Of a stretch of 64,000 nucleotides of DNA, positions 19,270 to 29,968 are shown in pieces. The notes beneath the pieces were generated by a model that saw only the letters and a list, made by a program, of their open reading frames with translations, did not search any database and was not told the DNA's origin. This DNA is from Diplonema japonicum (taxonomy: Eukaryota > Protista > Euglenozoa: Diplonemea). Where the stretch lies: contig OZ025705.1 in the NCBI GenBank assembly GCA_964019335.1, positions 186,001-250,000 on the forward strand. The letters are read 5' to 3'. Each line of letters starts with the position of its first letter. The first letter of the stretch is position 1. The translations under genes and the position numbers were made by a program.

Positions 19270-20711
19270 CTACTTCCTGAGGGTGAGCTTGGTGCCCTTG
19301 GGGGCGGACGCGATGCTGCTGCAGATGTTCTCGAAGTAGGTGCCCTGGGTGTCCTGCTCGCACTGCCCGGTGGGCTGGGTGGAGGAGATGGCGAAGCCGC
19401 TGCAGTCGGCGGAGACGAGGTACTCCTTCATGACGAGGCCGGAGGCGTCGCAGGCGGAGATCATGGCAGAGCCACCGCCGGTGACGGGGAGGCACTGACC
19501 GATGGGGAAGGAGTGCGACTGGCAGCCCGAGGTGCACCCCGAGTCGGTGCAGGTCTTCTGGGTGAAGGTCCCCGAGGGGGAGGGGGGAGTCGGGCCAGGC
19601 GGCGAGGGCGGGGTCGGGCCCGATCCGGACACCTTCGAGGTGCAGGGGGAGTTGTTCAAGAGGCACTGGTTGGACCCCCTGGCGAGCCTGATGTACCCGT
19701 TCTCACCCCACGACGCCCCCCAAGAGTTCTTCACGATCCAGTAGTCCGTCGCGAAACCCACAATCAGCACACCGTGGTCCAGCTGCCTGCTGATGCAGTT
19801 CGACATCACACCCCCGGTGTATGTCTGCCACGAGGTCGCGTCCACGGCGATGGAGAGGGGGCCGTTCGTCGACACCCAGGTCGCCATGTCGTCCTCGTTG
19901 TGCGCGATGTCCTGGTGTCCGGAGATGGTCGCCCCCACAGCCTTCGACCCCACGTCCTGGCACGACCCGCTGTTCCCGCCACCCGAGGTGTACGGGTACG
20001 AGGCCTCCGTTACGATCTGCCCGTTGTGCGCAGACAGCAGCCACTCGAAGGCGTTGTCCATGAGACCGCCGTCGCAGCCGTCGTCGTTCTTGTCGCACGA
20101 GACAAGCTCCTGCTCCGAGAGGGAGGTCAGGGTGTTGCCGGCAAGGAACCACTGACCCTCGATGCCACCAGTGGTGGAGAATGCCCAGCAGCTGTTGTTG
20201 TTTAATATTATTATTTTTTTTCTTTTATTTTTTTTCTTTTCTTTTTTTTTTTTTTTTTGTAAATGTCTCTTTTTTTTTTTTTTTTTTTTCTTTTCCTTAT
20301 TTCTTTTGTTTCCCTTCCATACCTCCCGCACTGCTCCTGGTTCTTCACGTGGGTCACAGCCCCCTTGGTCCTCCAGTCCACAGGGGTCGCGGTCAAACCC
20401 TCGAACATCCTGGGAGGGCTCTTCTTCGAGGGAACCTGCAGGTTGTGGTGCACCTTGAACTCCTCTGCCGACAGGTCGCTGAAGGCGTTCATCCCGAAGG
20501 TCGCCTTGGGGTTGGACTCCTCGAACATCGCTGCCTTCAACATGTTCTTCTTGAAGATGGCCCTCCTGTGCGCCTCGTCGGAGCCGGTGTACTTCTTGTT
20601 GTAGGTCTCCTTGAAGTTCTTCCAAAGGAGCGCTTCGTTGGCCTCAATGTACGAGGCAGGCAGACCTGCCGTCGCCGAGGCAAGGCAGAGGAGCGCAAGG
20701 CTGGTCTTCAT
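19270..20711 (-). CDS. Cathepsin L-like C1A cysteine peptidase with cruzipain-type C-terminal extension (436 aa; intron 20192-20322)
   Basis: Signal peptide and I29 propeptide; splicing of GTATGG...CAG restores QCGSCWAF; LDHGV and KNSWG present; Pro hinge and FTQKTCTDSGC extension. Confidence 0.95.
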
Positions 20712-20762
20712 CTTTTCAAGTCCTGTTTTCGCATTGATTGGAAGAAGGGAGTTGAAGATCAA

Positions 20763-20815
<53 letters not shown>

Positions 20816-21243
20816 AAGAATACTAATAAGTTCGACACTCAAGGCTGGCGCTTTCGCGCTCACCCGCTTGTCTTGCAGTTTTCAAAAAAGAAACGAAAAG
20901 AAATAAAAGAGAGAAAGACAGGGACTCCAAAGGTCTAAACAACATCATTGCTAACCCACTTTTCCCCCTTTCACTTTTGCGTGATTCTTAACTCGTGTAG
21001 AATGGAACTGTTGTATATGTGGAATGCTTTGCACTGTCATCACACGAAGTGACTGAATAAAGAGGGCTGCAAAAGCCGTAGCTGTTGCTATCCACTCTTT
21101 CTCTTGTTTCAAAAAAAATCAAAGATAAGTTTAAAGACGGGGAAGAGGAGGGACTCTTTCCTCCTCGAAAAAACAACTTTTTTATCTACAATTGCGGGGG
21201 GGGGGGGGGGGGATAAAGAAAAAGAAAAGGGCACAGAGAGGGC

Positions 21244-21522
21244 TTATTTCCCAGGGAACTGAGCGTTCTTCTGCTGCTCAAGGAGTTCCTGGAACTTCTG
21301 CTTGAAGTGAGCGGAGTGGTCCCTCATCTTCTTGTTGAACTTGTCGGTGTGCTCCTTGATCATCTTCTCGAACTTGTCGTAGTGCTCCTTCATCTCAGGC
21401 GACAGGGTCGACTCGTCGGGCTTGTCCGCGAAGAACTTCTTGTTCTGCTCCTCCATCTTCTTGCTGAACTCGGCATCGAGGCGGTCGAGCTTGTCGCTGA
21501 ACTCCTGGTACGTGGTGCACAT
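21244..21522 (-). CDS. KMP-11: Kinetoplastid membrane protein 11
   Basis: Protein identical to 9634-9912. Confidence 0.97.
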   Translation of the reverse strand: MCTTYQEFSDKLDRLDAEFSKKMEEQNKKFFADKPDESTLSPEMKEHYDKFEKMIKEHTDKFNKKMRDHSAHFKQKFQELLEQQKNAQFPGK

Positions 21523-22466
21523 CTTTTTTTCTTTTTTTTTTTAAAAGGTTGTTTGTGTTGTGTGGCCCTTTTGTTGTCTTATTTTGGAAAGAAGAACGAT
21601 TCATAGAAAACACAAAATATAAACGGATTCATTTTTCTCTTTTCCTTCCCCCTTCCTGTCCCTGACGGCGCCAAAGGATATTCAACGGCCTGAGAGGTCG
21701 TCCGAAGGTTCAGAAGGGGGAAAGGAGAAAGGGAGAGAGGGAGGAAGGGAGGGAGGGAAAGTATAAAAAAGAAGACTTGAACTGTATATTCTTAAAAGGG
21801 TACCTTCGTCCAGTGCAATGCAGGTCTGCACGCAACCACAAAAGAAGGTCACCCTCTTATTTGTTCTTTTTTTAAAGCCGCCACTTCCACGTAAAGACGA
21901 TTATCACCTTTCATAAAAGGAAGCAGGGAAGACAGACAGAGGCAACAACCCGTTGCCGTCTGTTGTCGTGTTAAGGAAGAAGTGAAACTTGAAACAAACA
22001 AAAGGGGAAAACCATTTAAGGGTATCTGCGGTATGTCGCAGAAGGCTTAAATAATAAAGGTAAAAAAAAAAAAAAGGGAAACAAACAACGAGAGAGAAGA
22101 TATGTCAGAGGAGGGGGGTTGTGTTTGGTATTAAACAAAGAAAAGAAAAATACGATTGCCACAAAGGGGAAAAGGGAAAGGGGGCACATCAAACAAGAAT
22201 CGTTGTGAAAGAAGAAGGAAAAAAAAAGAAAGAGGAAAGCATCATATGTGGGTCCACAGCGAAGAGAACACACAGACAGGTAAGCAGAGAGGTGGCGTGA
22301 CTCGGAGTCACGAAAGGCCCACGCCTTTGCTTGATTTCTTGTGGTTCTCTTCTTGGTTACCATCCTTCCTTTTTTTCCCCTTCGATTTCGGTTCATTTTA
22401 ATGTTTGTTCTTTTTCTTGTTTGTTTGTTTCTTTTTCTTTTTTTTTTTGCCAGCTCCTCAGCACCA

Positions 22467-23426
22467 TCACCCGATGAGCTTGCACTGAGAGGCAACGTCG
22501 CACTTCACCCTGCACTGGGCGTACCACTGGCTCTGCTGGTAGCAACGGCTCGGTGCCTCACAGCAAGAGGGTGACGACAGGCAGCTCCCCCACTCCGCGA
22601 TCTTGGGACCAGAGCAGGTGCCCGCGGGAGGGGGCAGGTTCGTGGGGACGGTTGCGGTGGTGGTACTGCCACCACTGCTGCTGCTGCTGCTGCTGCCACT
22701 GCTGGTGGTGGTGGTACTGCCACCAGTGTTGCTGCTGCCGCTGCTGGTACTGCCACTGCTGGTGGTGGTGGTGGAACTGCCACCACTGTTGCTGCTGCTG
22801 CCGGTGGTGGTACTGCTGCTGCTGCTGCTGCCACCATTACCACCACCAAAGTTGTTGCTGGCACCGTTGAAGTCAAGGTCGATGGCGTTGTAGAAGCTGG
22901 CAGAGGTGTCACCGACATCCCAGACTGCAAGGACCACGTGGTAGCCGCTCCTGGTCGGGACCGTGCAGGAGTGGGTCACCCCAGAGAGAGGAGGCTGCTG
23001 CATCTCCCCGTCCACCGTGCAGAAGGGGGTCCCCTCCAAGGTCTCCCTCCCGAGAGGGTCCACCCCGTTCCACCCTTCCTTCGTGATGAAGTACCTCCAG
23101 TCCCGCGTCACATGGTTCGCCCTGAAGGCCCACGTGAAGTCCATCGCCCCGCTGCTCACAGAGGTCTTCGCCCACCTCGTCGTCGACTGCTCGTTCAGGG
23201 GTGTCCAGTTGTCCTTCCCAGCAGCAGCCACCGTCCCGTCCGCAGGGCCCGTCTCGGGGTACCGGTCCTCCCCCTCCACGCTCTGCGGCTCGTACTGCAC
23301 CGCCCCGCAGTTCGTGTTCCTCTTCTGGTTGCACGACCAGCTCCTCGACGACGGGGTCACCACGTAGCCGTGCCCCTGCGCTGAGGCGAACAGGGCGGTC
23401 ACGCAGACAACAGAGCGCAGCATCAT
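22467..23426 (-). CDS. AA10 LPMO with Ser/Thr linker and CBM1-like module (copy 2)
   Basis: Same motifs as copy 1; His brace intact. Confidence 0.95.
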   Translation of the reverse strand: MMLRSVVCVTALFASAQGHGYVVTPSSRSWSCNQKRNTNCGAVQYEPQSVEGEDRYPETGPADGTVAAAGKDNWTPLNEQSTTRWAKTSVSSGAMDFTWAFRANHVTRDWRYFITKEGWNGVDPLGRETLEGTPFCTVDGEMQQPPLSGVTHSCTVPTRSGYHVVLAVWDVGDTSASFYNAIDLDFNGASNNFGGGNGGSSSSSSTTTGSSSNSGGSSTTTTSSGSTSSGSSNTGGSTTTTSSGSSSSSSSGGSTTTATVPTNLPPPAGTCSGPKIAEWGSCLSSPSCCEAPSRCYQQSQWYAQCRVKCDVASQCKLIG

Positions 23427-24011
23427 TTCTTTTTTTTGTTTTTTTTAAAGTTTTTTGGGGTTACAAAAACCTGGGTGCGTTGAGGTGGATAGTAAAGGAG
23501 AAGGAATAAAAGGAAACAAAGAAGCCCCTACTCAACTCTGTACCAAAGCAAAGGAGCAATACAGAAAGGGGGTGAGATAGGGGGTGAGTGAAGAAAAAAA
23601 AGAGAACAACATCTTCAACATCAGCACCTTTTCTCTCTCGTTCTTTTTGCTCTTTTATTTTATTTTTTTTCGGACAAGAACTGTAGCAAATGGCTAAGAG
23701 GAGAAGGGGAAGAAGAAAGAGAAAAGGTTGGTGGTTGGTGACACACCAACCAAGTTAGGGGGAAGACAAAACAAAAACAAAAACAAAAAGAGTATGCTGC
23801 ACACCTTGGAGGAAGAAATAAATATTTCAAAAAAAAAAAACAAGAAAAAACCCCATTGATCTTCCAGGATAGCCTGTGGAAGTATGGAACCAAATGAAAT
23901 GAAGCGCACACACATATCGGAAAAAAAGGGACATTTAAGGGTACCTGCGGTATGTGGCAGGACGCCTGAAAAAAGACTTTGAGATATAGTAAGAGAAAAC
24001 GAGAAAAAAAG

Positions 24012-24048
<37 letters not shown>

Positions 24049-24058
24049 GAGGAGGATG

Positions 24059-24829
24059 TCAACAGCAGCCCTGCTTCTTGCAAACCTTTCCCAACAGGAT
24101 GTCAGAGCAGCCCTGCTGCTTGCAGACCTCTTCCAGATTGGAGGCGTTGCTCTCGCAGGAGAGACCCTTTGCATGCATCCTGCCCAGAACAGTCGACTCG
24201 GAGAGGTAGAAGTTCGCGAAGGGTGTCATGAAGTCCTCGGAGATGCTCTTCTCGCAGAGCCCCGTCTTCATGAGGGCTGCCCGCCAGTTTTGCACCTTCG
24301 GGTAGCCGTGAGCAAAGTCGTAGCCGGTCTTCTCCTTGATGATCTGTGTTCGGTGCAGCAAAGGAAGCCAGGTCATGTCCACTGTGCTCACGGTGTCGCT
24401 GTTGAAGAACTCCGCCCCCCCAAGCACCTTCTCCACCTTCGCAAAGGCCGTCGCTATCTTCATCGTCCGCTCCCTCAACGTCTCCCCGTCACTGCTGGAC
24501 TGCGCCCCGCACTGCGGCATGTAGTTCTTGCTCCCGAGGTACCCCCAAGCCCTGTTCTGCGCCCTCTGCACGAGGCTCAGGTCCGGCTGCAGGGCAGGGT
24601 AAGCCTCCTCGATGTACTCCGCGATCGCCTCCGACTCGAACAGCACCTCCTCCTTCTCCGTCACAAGCAGCGGCACCTGCCCGTTGGGCGAGATGTCCAA
24701 AAACCACTGCGGCTTCTCCTTCAGGTTGATGTACTCCACAACGTAAGGGGTCTTCTTCGCCTCCAGCAGGGCCGTGATCCGCTGAACGAAGGGGCAGATC
24801 TTGAAGCTGATCACTTTTAACACCGGCAT
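24059..24829 (-). CDS. Glutathione S-transferase, Cys-type (copy 2)
   Basis: Protein identical to 12689-13459. Confidence 0.92.
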   Translation of the reverse strand: MPVLKVISFKICPFVQRITALLEAKKTPYVVEYINLKEKPQWFLDISPNGQVPLLVTEKEEVLFESEAIAEYIEEAYPALQPDLSLVQRAQNRAWGYLGSKNYMPQCGAQSSSDGETLRERTMKIATAFAKVEKVLGGAEFFNSDTVSTVDMTWLPLLHRTQIIKEKTGYDFAHGYPKVQNWRAALMKTGLCEKSISEDFMTPFANFYLSESTVLGRMHAKGLSCESNASNLEEVCKQQGCSDILLGKVCKKQGCC

Positions 24830-25720
24830 TTTGCTTTTTTGTTTTTGTTTGTTTGTTTTAGTTTTTCTCTCTTCTTTTTTTATGGTGGTCTACTTTAAAG
24901 AACGTTTCCCATTAGGATATAGAAAATATTTTTTTTAAGAAAAAAAGAACAAAATATTCTTTTTTCTCCTTTCCTTCCCCCTTCCTGTCCCTGACGGCGC
25001 CAAAGGATATTCAACGGCCTGAGAGGTCGTCCGAAGGTTCAGAAGGGGGAAAGTCCCTGACAGCGCCAAAGGATATTCCAAAGGTTCAGATGGGGGAAAA
25101 GAGAAAAAGAGAGAGGGAGTGAAAGTTTAAAAAAAAAAAAGTAGAAGAATAAGAAAGTCGAAGTATATATTTTTTTAGAAAAGGTGCCTTCTTGTCGAGT
25201 GCATGCTGGTCACACCACAAAAAAAAAGGTCACCTCTTTATTGTTGTTGTGTTAAGGAAGAAAGAAATTGAAAAAAAAAAGCATCCGAGGGAGAAGAATA
25301 TAAGAGAGGGGGTTGAGCAAAAGACGATTGTCACAAAAGGGAAAAGAGAAAGGGTCACACATCATGGGTGAGAGAAAAAAAAGAAAGGAAGCCAAAAAAT
25401 ATAAAATTTGATAAATTTCGGTGTGCGGGTGGGTGCTCACCGTGAAATAAAATAAAATATAATGAAGGAAAGCAGCTGTCCCCTGGGAATACGGGTCCAC
25501 AGGGAGGAGAACACAGACATGTTGCGTAGCGATAGACAAAGGCGTGACCCAGAGTCACGAAAGGTCACCCTCGCCTCACATTGCTGTGTCTCTTCAGATG
25601 GTGGCTCTCTTGTTTTATTTTATTTATTCGTTTTTCTTTTTAAAAAGCTTTTGACTTGTCATCCTTCATTTTTTTCTTCTCATTTCTTCTATCCTCGTTT
25701 CAATTTAACATTCTTTTTCA

Positions 25721-26641
25721 TCACCCGATGAGCTTGCACTGAGAGGCAACGTCGCACTTCACCCTGCACTGGGCGTACCACTGGCTCTGCTGGTAGCAAC
25801 GGCCCGGTGCCTCACAGCAAGAAGGTGACGACAGGCAGCTCCCCCACTCCGCGATCTTGAGACCAGAGCAGGTGCCCGAAGGAGAAGGCGGGTTCGTGGG
25901 GACAGGGGTCGACACGGGAACAGTGGACCCACCTGCTGGGGAGGTGGGTGTGGGGGTGGGTGCAGGTGTGGGAACAGGTGTCGCGGTGGTGGAACTGCCG
26001 CCGTTGCTGCTGCTGCCACCGTTTCCATTGCCGCTGCTGCTGCTGCCACCATTACCACCACCAAAGTTGTTGCTGGCACCGTTGAAGTCAAGGTCGATGG
26101 CGTTGTAGAAGCTGGCAGAGGTGTCACCGACATCCCAGACTGCAAGGACCACGTGGTAGCCGCTCCTGGTCGGGACCGTGCAGGAGTGGGTCACCCCAGA
26201 GAGAGGAGGCTGCTGCATCTCCCCGTCCACCGTGCAGAAGGGGGTCCCCTCCAAGGTCTCCCTCCCGAGAGGGTCCACCCCGTTCCACCCTTCCTTCGTG
26301 ATGAAGTACCTCCAGTCCCGCGTCACATGGTTCGCCCTGAAGGCCCACGTGAAGTCCATCGCCCCGCTGCTCACAGAGGTCTTCGCCCACCTCGTCGTCG
26401 ACTGCTCGTTCAGGGGTGTCCAGTTGTCCTTCCCAGCAGCAGCCACCGTCCCGTCCGCAGGGCCCGTCTCGGGGTACCGGTCCTCCCCCTCCACGCTCTG
26501 CGGCTCGTACTGCACCGCCCCGCAGTTCGTGTTCCTCTTCTGGTTGCACGACCAGCTCCTCGACGACGGGGTCACCACGTAGCCGTGCCCCTGCGCTGAG
26601 GCGAACAGGGCGGTCACGCAGACAACAGAGCGCAGCATCAT
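25721..26641 (-). CDS. AA10 LPMO with Gly/Ser and Pro/Thr linker and CBM1-like module (copy 3)
   Basis: Same catalytic domain as copy 2, different linker. Confidence 0.95.
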   Translation of the reverse strand: MMLRSVVCVTALFASAQGHGYVVTPSSRSWSCNQKRNTNCGAVQYEPQSVEGEDRYPETGPADGTVAAAGKDNWTPLNEQSTTRWAKTSVSSGAMDFTWAFRANHVTRDWRYFITKEGWNGVDPLGRETLEGTPFCTVDGEMQQPPLSGVTHSCTVPTRSGYHVVLAVWDVGDTSASFYNAIDLDFNGASNNFGGGNGGSSSSGNGNGGSSSNGGSSTTATPVPTPAPTPTPTSPAGGSTVPVSTPVPTNPPSPSGTCSGLKIAEWGSCLSSPSCCEAPGRCYQQSQWYAQCRVKCDVASQCKLIG

Positions 26642-26647
26642 TTCTTT

Positions 26648-26679
<32 letters not shown>

Positions 26680-26770
26680 CGGTGGTGGAAACTGCAATGC
26701 TTGAAAACTGCCAGAAGAGGGGGGGAAAAACAGCCCCATAAACCACTAAATGTTTCCGTAGTACTTAAGT

Positions 26771-28183
26771 TCACAACCCTCTACCTCTGCCCCGTCCGCG
26801 CTGTGAGCTGAAAACGACGGCTTCACACTCTGCTTGGGGGTTCCATGTTCCAAGGTCGCAACTTGCAGGGATGCAGGTGGCACCCGGCTCGGCTACTTCG
26901 CACTGGAAGCCATGCGGGACGATGCGGCCCGTGTTGCACAACTCTGTGGTGAAAGACGAGGTGTGAGAAGGACGGACAAGGGCATTCGTGGGGCATGGAT
27001 CAGGTGAGCAGTCCACAGACATGGTAGACCACAGGCCAAGGACGCACGTTACTGCAGGGCACGTGTGGCCCAGTTTGAGGAAGGTGCACACACTGTTGGA
27101 TTCCACCACACCAGAACATCCATCGTGTACCACACCCATAGGCAGCTGAAGAGCACTAACAGCGCAACCCTGTTCTTTACAAGAGTCACCAACGAGCTTA
27201 TTGTCCGAAGTGCAGGTCAGCGGGTGGCAGAGGTGGCCTTCCTTCGAGGGGATGCACGTCTCGCCATGTGCCACCCGTTCGCAGCCCTTCAGCGACGACT
27301 CGCAGTACTGTGGCTCAGGCATGGGGTTGCAAACGACTTCCAGTGTCGCCCATCCGCCCTCCCTGCAGACGAGGCTGTCACACGATGTACGACCCGCGGT
27401 GTACCGGCATTCGCCTCCCACTGGGACGTACCCTCCTTTGCCGCAGTGGTGCGAGTCCTCGCTTACTTCTGCGTGGTTGCGGTTGCTGATCTTGTCTACG
27501 GCGCAGCCTTGCGAGACGCACCCTGCGTACCCTGAGATGGTGGACCCGAGGTCGTCGGGCTTGACAGGCGACGCACAAGACGAGAACAGCATGCAGGTCG
27601 CTACCACACCTGCTGTCCAGCTAAAGCAGACACACTTTGGGGTCATCTTGCAGGCAGAGGAACAGGCATCAAGCGACGGAAGATCAACGGAGTACATTTC
27701 TTCGGTAACCGTCCATAAAAGGTCGTGCGTGCAAGGGAGGATCACCACTTCTGAGCTTGCTTGCGTCACTACACTTGGCATGGCTGTCGGGACGTGAGTA
27801 GCAGCTGTTACAACGGGGGCGGCCTGTCCTACTGTTGGGGGGTCGCTGCCTCCTGTCGTGATGTTCCAAAGAACAAGGACAGCGACAAGGAACGGAAGCA
27901 CCCAAAGAACGTGCCTCCTTAGCTTCGCACGGGAGTCCCTGTGCTTGGCCGTCGGGCTGGGGAAGGAGGGCGAGGTAGGGGACACAGGGTTTTCGTCGTC
28001 CTCACCGTCGCTGTCTTTTTTCAGAAGCCGGTGGTAAGCTTCGCTTACTTGCTTGAATGTCTTCTCGCAGCCGTTCCTGTCAGGGTGGTGCTGCATGGCC
28101 AACCTTTTGTACGCACAACGAATACTTGACACATCGCTCCCAGGAGGGAGGGACAACACCTCCCACGGGTTTGGTGCTTTCAT
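26771..28183 (-). CDS. J-domain membrane protein with PAN/apple-like and Cys-rich repeats
   Basis: NPWEVL...IRCAYKRLAMQHHPDRNG (HPD motif); TM segment VLWVLPFLVAVLVLW; C..AC...PKC..FSW pattern. Start chosen by the J-domain boundary. Confidence 0.8.
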   Translation of the reverse strand: MKAPNPWEVLSLPPGSDVSSIRCAYKRLAMQHHPDRNGCEKTFKQVSEAYHRLLKKDSDGEDDENPVSPTSPSFPSPTAKHRDSRAKLRRHVLWVLPFLVAVLVLWNITTGGSDPPTVGQAAPVVTAATHVPTAMPSVVTQASSEVVILPCTHDLLWTVTEEMYSVDLPSLDACSSACKMTPKCVCFSWTAGVVATCMLFSSCASPVKPDDLGSTISGYAGCVSQGCAVDKISNRNHAEVSEDSHHCGKGGYVPVGGECRYTAGRTSCDSLVCREGGWATLEVVCNPMPEPQYCESSLKGCERVAHGETCIPSKEGHLCHPLTCTSDNKLVGDSCKEQGCAVSALQLPMGVVHDGCSGVVESNSVCTFLKLGHTCPAVTCVLGLWSTMSVDCSPDPCPTNALVRPSHTSSFTTELCNTGRIVPHGFQCEVAEPGATCIPASCDLGTWNPQAECEAVVFSSQRGRGRGRGL

Positions 28184-28694
28184 CACTTCTCCATGTAAGT
28201 TGGAGAAGACCCTGTTCCTTTTTAAAAACTTAGTGCAATGGAAAGAAACGGGGGTGTCGTGAATGTGTAGAAGAGAACAAGTAGAAGGGAGAAAGAAAAA
28301 AGAGGGGGGAAGTTTTTTGATCGTTACAACAATAGGGTGTTTTTTTTTTCTTTTTTTTTTCCTTCCTTTTTTCTTTTGACTCATCATGACAAACGGCTAC
28401 AAAAAAAAAAAGATGTCTTTGAAGAAAAAAACTTCGTTTCCCCGTTCAACGTTTCGGTGATGATACAAACAAGAAAAAAAAAGAAATTAAAAAAAAAAAC
28501 ACACCTATTTTTTTTTTCTCTCCTCCCCCCCCACCACAACTTTTTTCCATTCTTTCAACTTTTAATTTGCCAATTTCAACGAGGGAAAAAAAATAATTTT
28601 ATTAATAATAAATAACAAAACCCACCCTTCTCCGAGAAGGGGATGAAAAAGAAAATTAGGAAAAAAAACAACTCGCAGCGCTTTTTTTCTAAAT

Positions 28695-29552
28695 TTAAAT
28701 GCTCTTCACAATGCTCAAAACCTGTTCATATGCAACGAACTGAGCACAGATGAAGACCGACGCCCTCATGAAGAAAGGTGTAAAGCCAGTGTAGAAGGCC
28801 ATCGGCCCCTCATGCTTGAAAGTTTGCGACACCACATCGGTCACCGATGTGAAACGGTTTCCGGGATTGCTGATCCACCGATTCTTTACAACGTCCAAAG
28901 GACACGCTGCGGCGCAGGCTGTGAAAGCAGCTATGAGACCAGAAGAGATATGGAGGGGAACACCCTCAGGGAAGCCTTGCGACATAAGCATCTGCTTCGC
29001 CTGATCGTAGCAACCTACCTCGAAAATATTCATGGTGGCATTCCTCAAAGCATTGGGGCCTATTCCAGTCCAAAGTGCAGAAACACCTTCTTGTGTCACA
29101 ATCATGCCATACGCACGAGTGGGAGAAGGATACCGTGGAGCACCGCCTTTGTTGGTGTCGGCCTGGATCCGTGTTTTCACAACGTCGGCGGGGGATATCA
29201 GGAACATTGATATGCCGCCTGAGGTGAATGCTGCAAGGCATTTTGTCTTGAAGCTTGCAGGTCCTTCGTGGCCCTTTGGTGTCCAGAAATCCCTTATCGG
29301 GGCGTACATTCCCAGCCTGAACCCCGCGCATCCAAAGTGTCTTTGCACACCCGCGGTGACACCCTTCCATAGTTGCAAGACCCCTTCTTCCTTCGCGATC
29401 GTCCGCATCGCATGGACAACCCCTTTGTAGGTGTTCCCTTGCATTTGAAGCCGCACCTTGGCCGTCTCGATGGGGATGGACACCACCTCCGCGAAGCCTC
29501 CTGCGGTGCCCGCTGAGATGATCAATCGGGGCAGGCTTGTGTTTCCGTCCAT
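28695..29552 (-). CDS. Mitochondrial carrier (SLC25; UCP/dicarboxylate-like)
   Basis: Three Px[DE]xxKxR signatures: PIETAKVR, PADVVKTR, PLDVVKNR. Confidence 0.93.
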   Translation of the reverse strand: MDGNTSLPRLIISAGTAGGFAEVVSIPIETAKVRLQMQGNTYKGVVHAMRTIAKEEGVLQLWKGVTAGVQRHFGCAGFRLGMYAPIRDFWTPKGHEGPASFKTKCLAAFTSGGISMFLISPADVVKTRIQADTNKGGAPRYPSPTRAYGMIVTQEGVSALWTGIGPNALRNATMNIFEVGCYDQAKQMLMSQGFPEGVPLHISSGLIAAFTACAAACPLDVVKNRWISNPGNRFTSVTDVVSQTFKHEGPMAFYTGFTPFFMRASVFICAQFVAYEQVLSIVKSI

Positions 29553-29716
29553 TTTTTTTTTTTTTTTTCCCTTTCCCCTTCTGATACCTGGGATGAAACT
29601 ACGACGTTTTAGAGAGGGGGAAAAAATATAAAAAAACAAAAAAAAGACACACCCAAACACGTGTAAAGGAAATGTTTAGAAGAGTTGGGGAGGTGGTAGG
29701 GGGGGGGGGGGGACAA

Positions 29717-29968
29717 CTACGTAGGGACTGTCGCCCATTCATATTTGTAATTTGGCAATCCCGAGGGTCGCAACGGGCCCTGCGGCACAGCTGGACTCGA
29801 CGCCGCACCAGGGGACGGGGCTGTTGCGGCCGCGGGTGCTGGCGTGCCCGCCTGCCCAGGGGTTTTCACAACGGGAGGCGCCATGACCTGTCTGGAAGCA
29901 ACAGGCCCGAGCGAGGTAATCTTCAACCTCCCAACGGGGACAGCGTCCTTGGTGAAGAAGGTCGGCAT
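29717..29968 (-). CDS. Small Pro/Ala-rich hypothetical protein (83 aa)
   Basis: GC-rich island with the ATG directly after an A-tract, as in neighbouring genes. Confidence 0.55.
   Translation of the reverse strand: MPTFFTKDAVPVGRLKITSLGPVASRQVMAPPVVKTPGQAGTPAPAAATAPSPGAASSPAVPQGPLRPSGLPNYKYEWATVPT

Larger units (their letters stand above)
21059..25978. repeat. Segmental duplication copy B
   Basis: Collinear with 9450-14794. Confidence 0.9.

Noticed and set aside
9634-26641. Bacterial contamination as the source of LPMO and GST
   Set aside because: The genes are interleaved with KMP-11 and an intron-containing cathepsin and share host-type intergenic tracts and codon bias.
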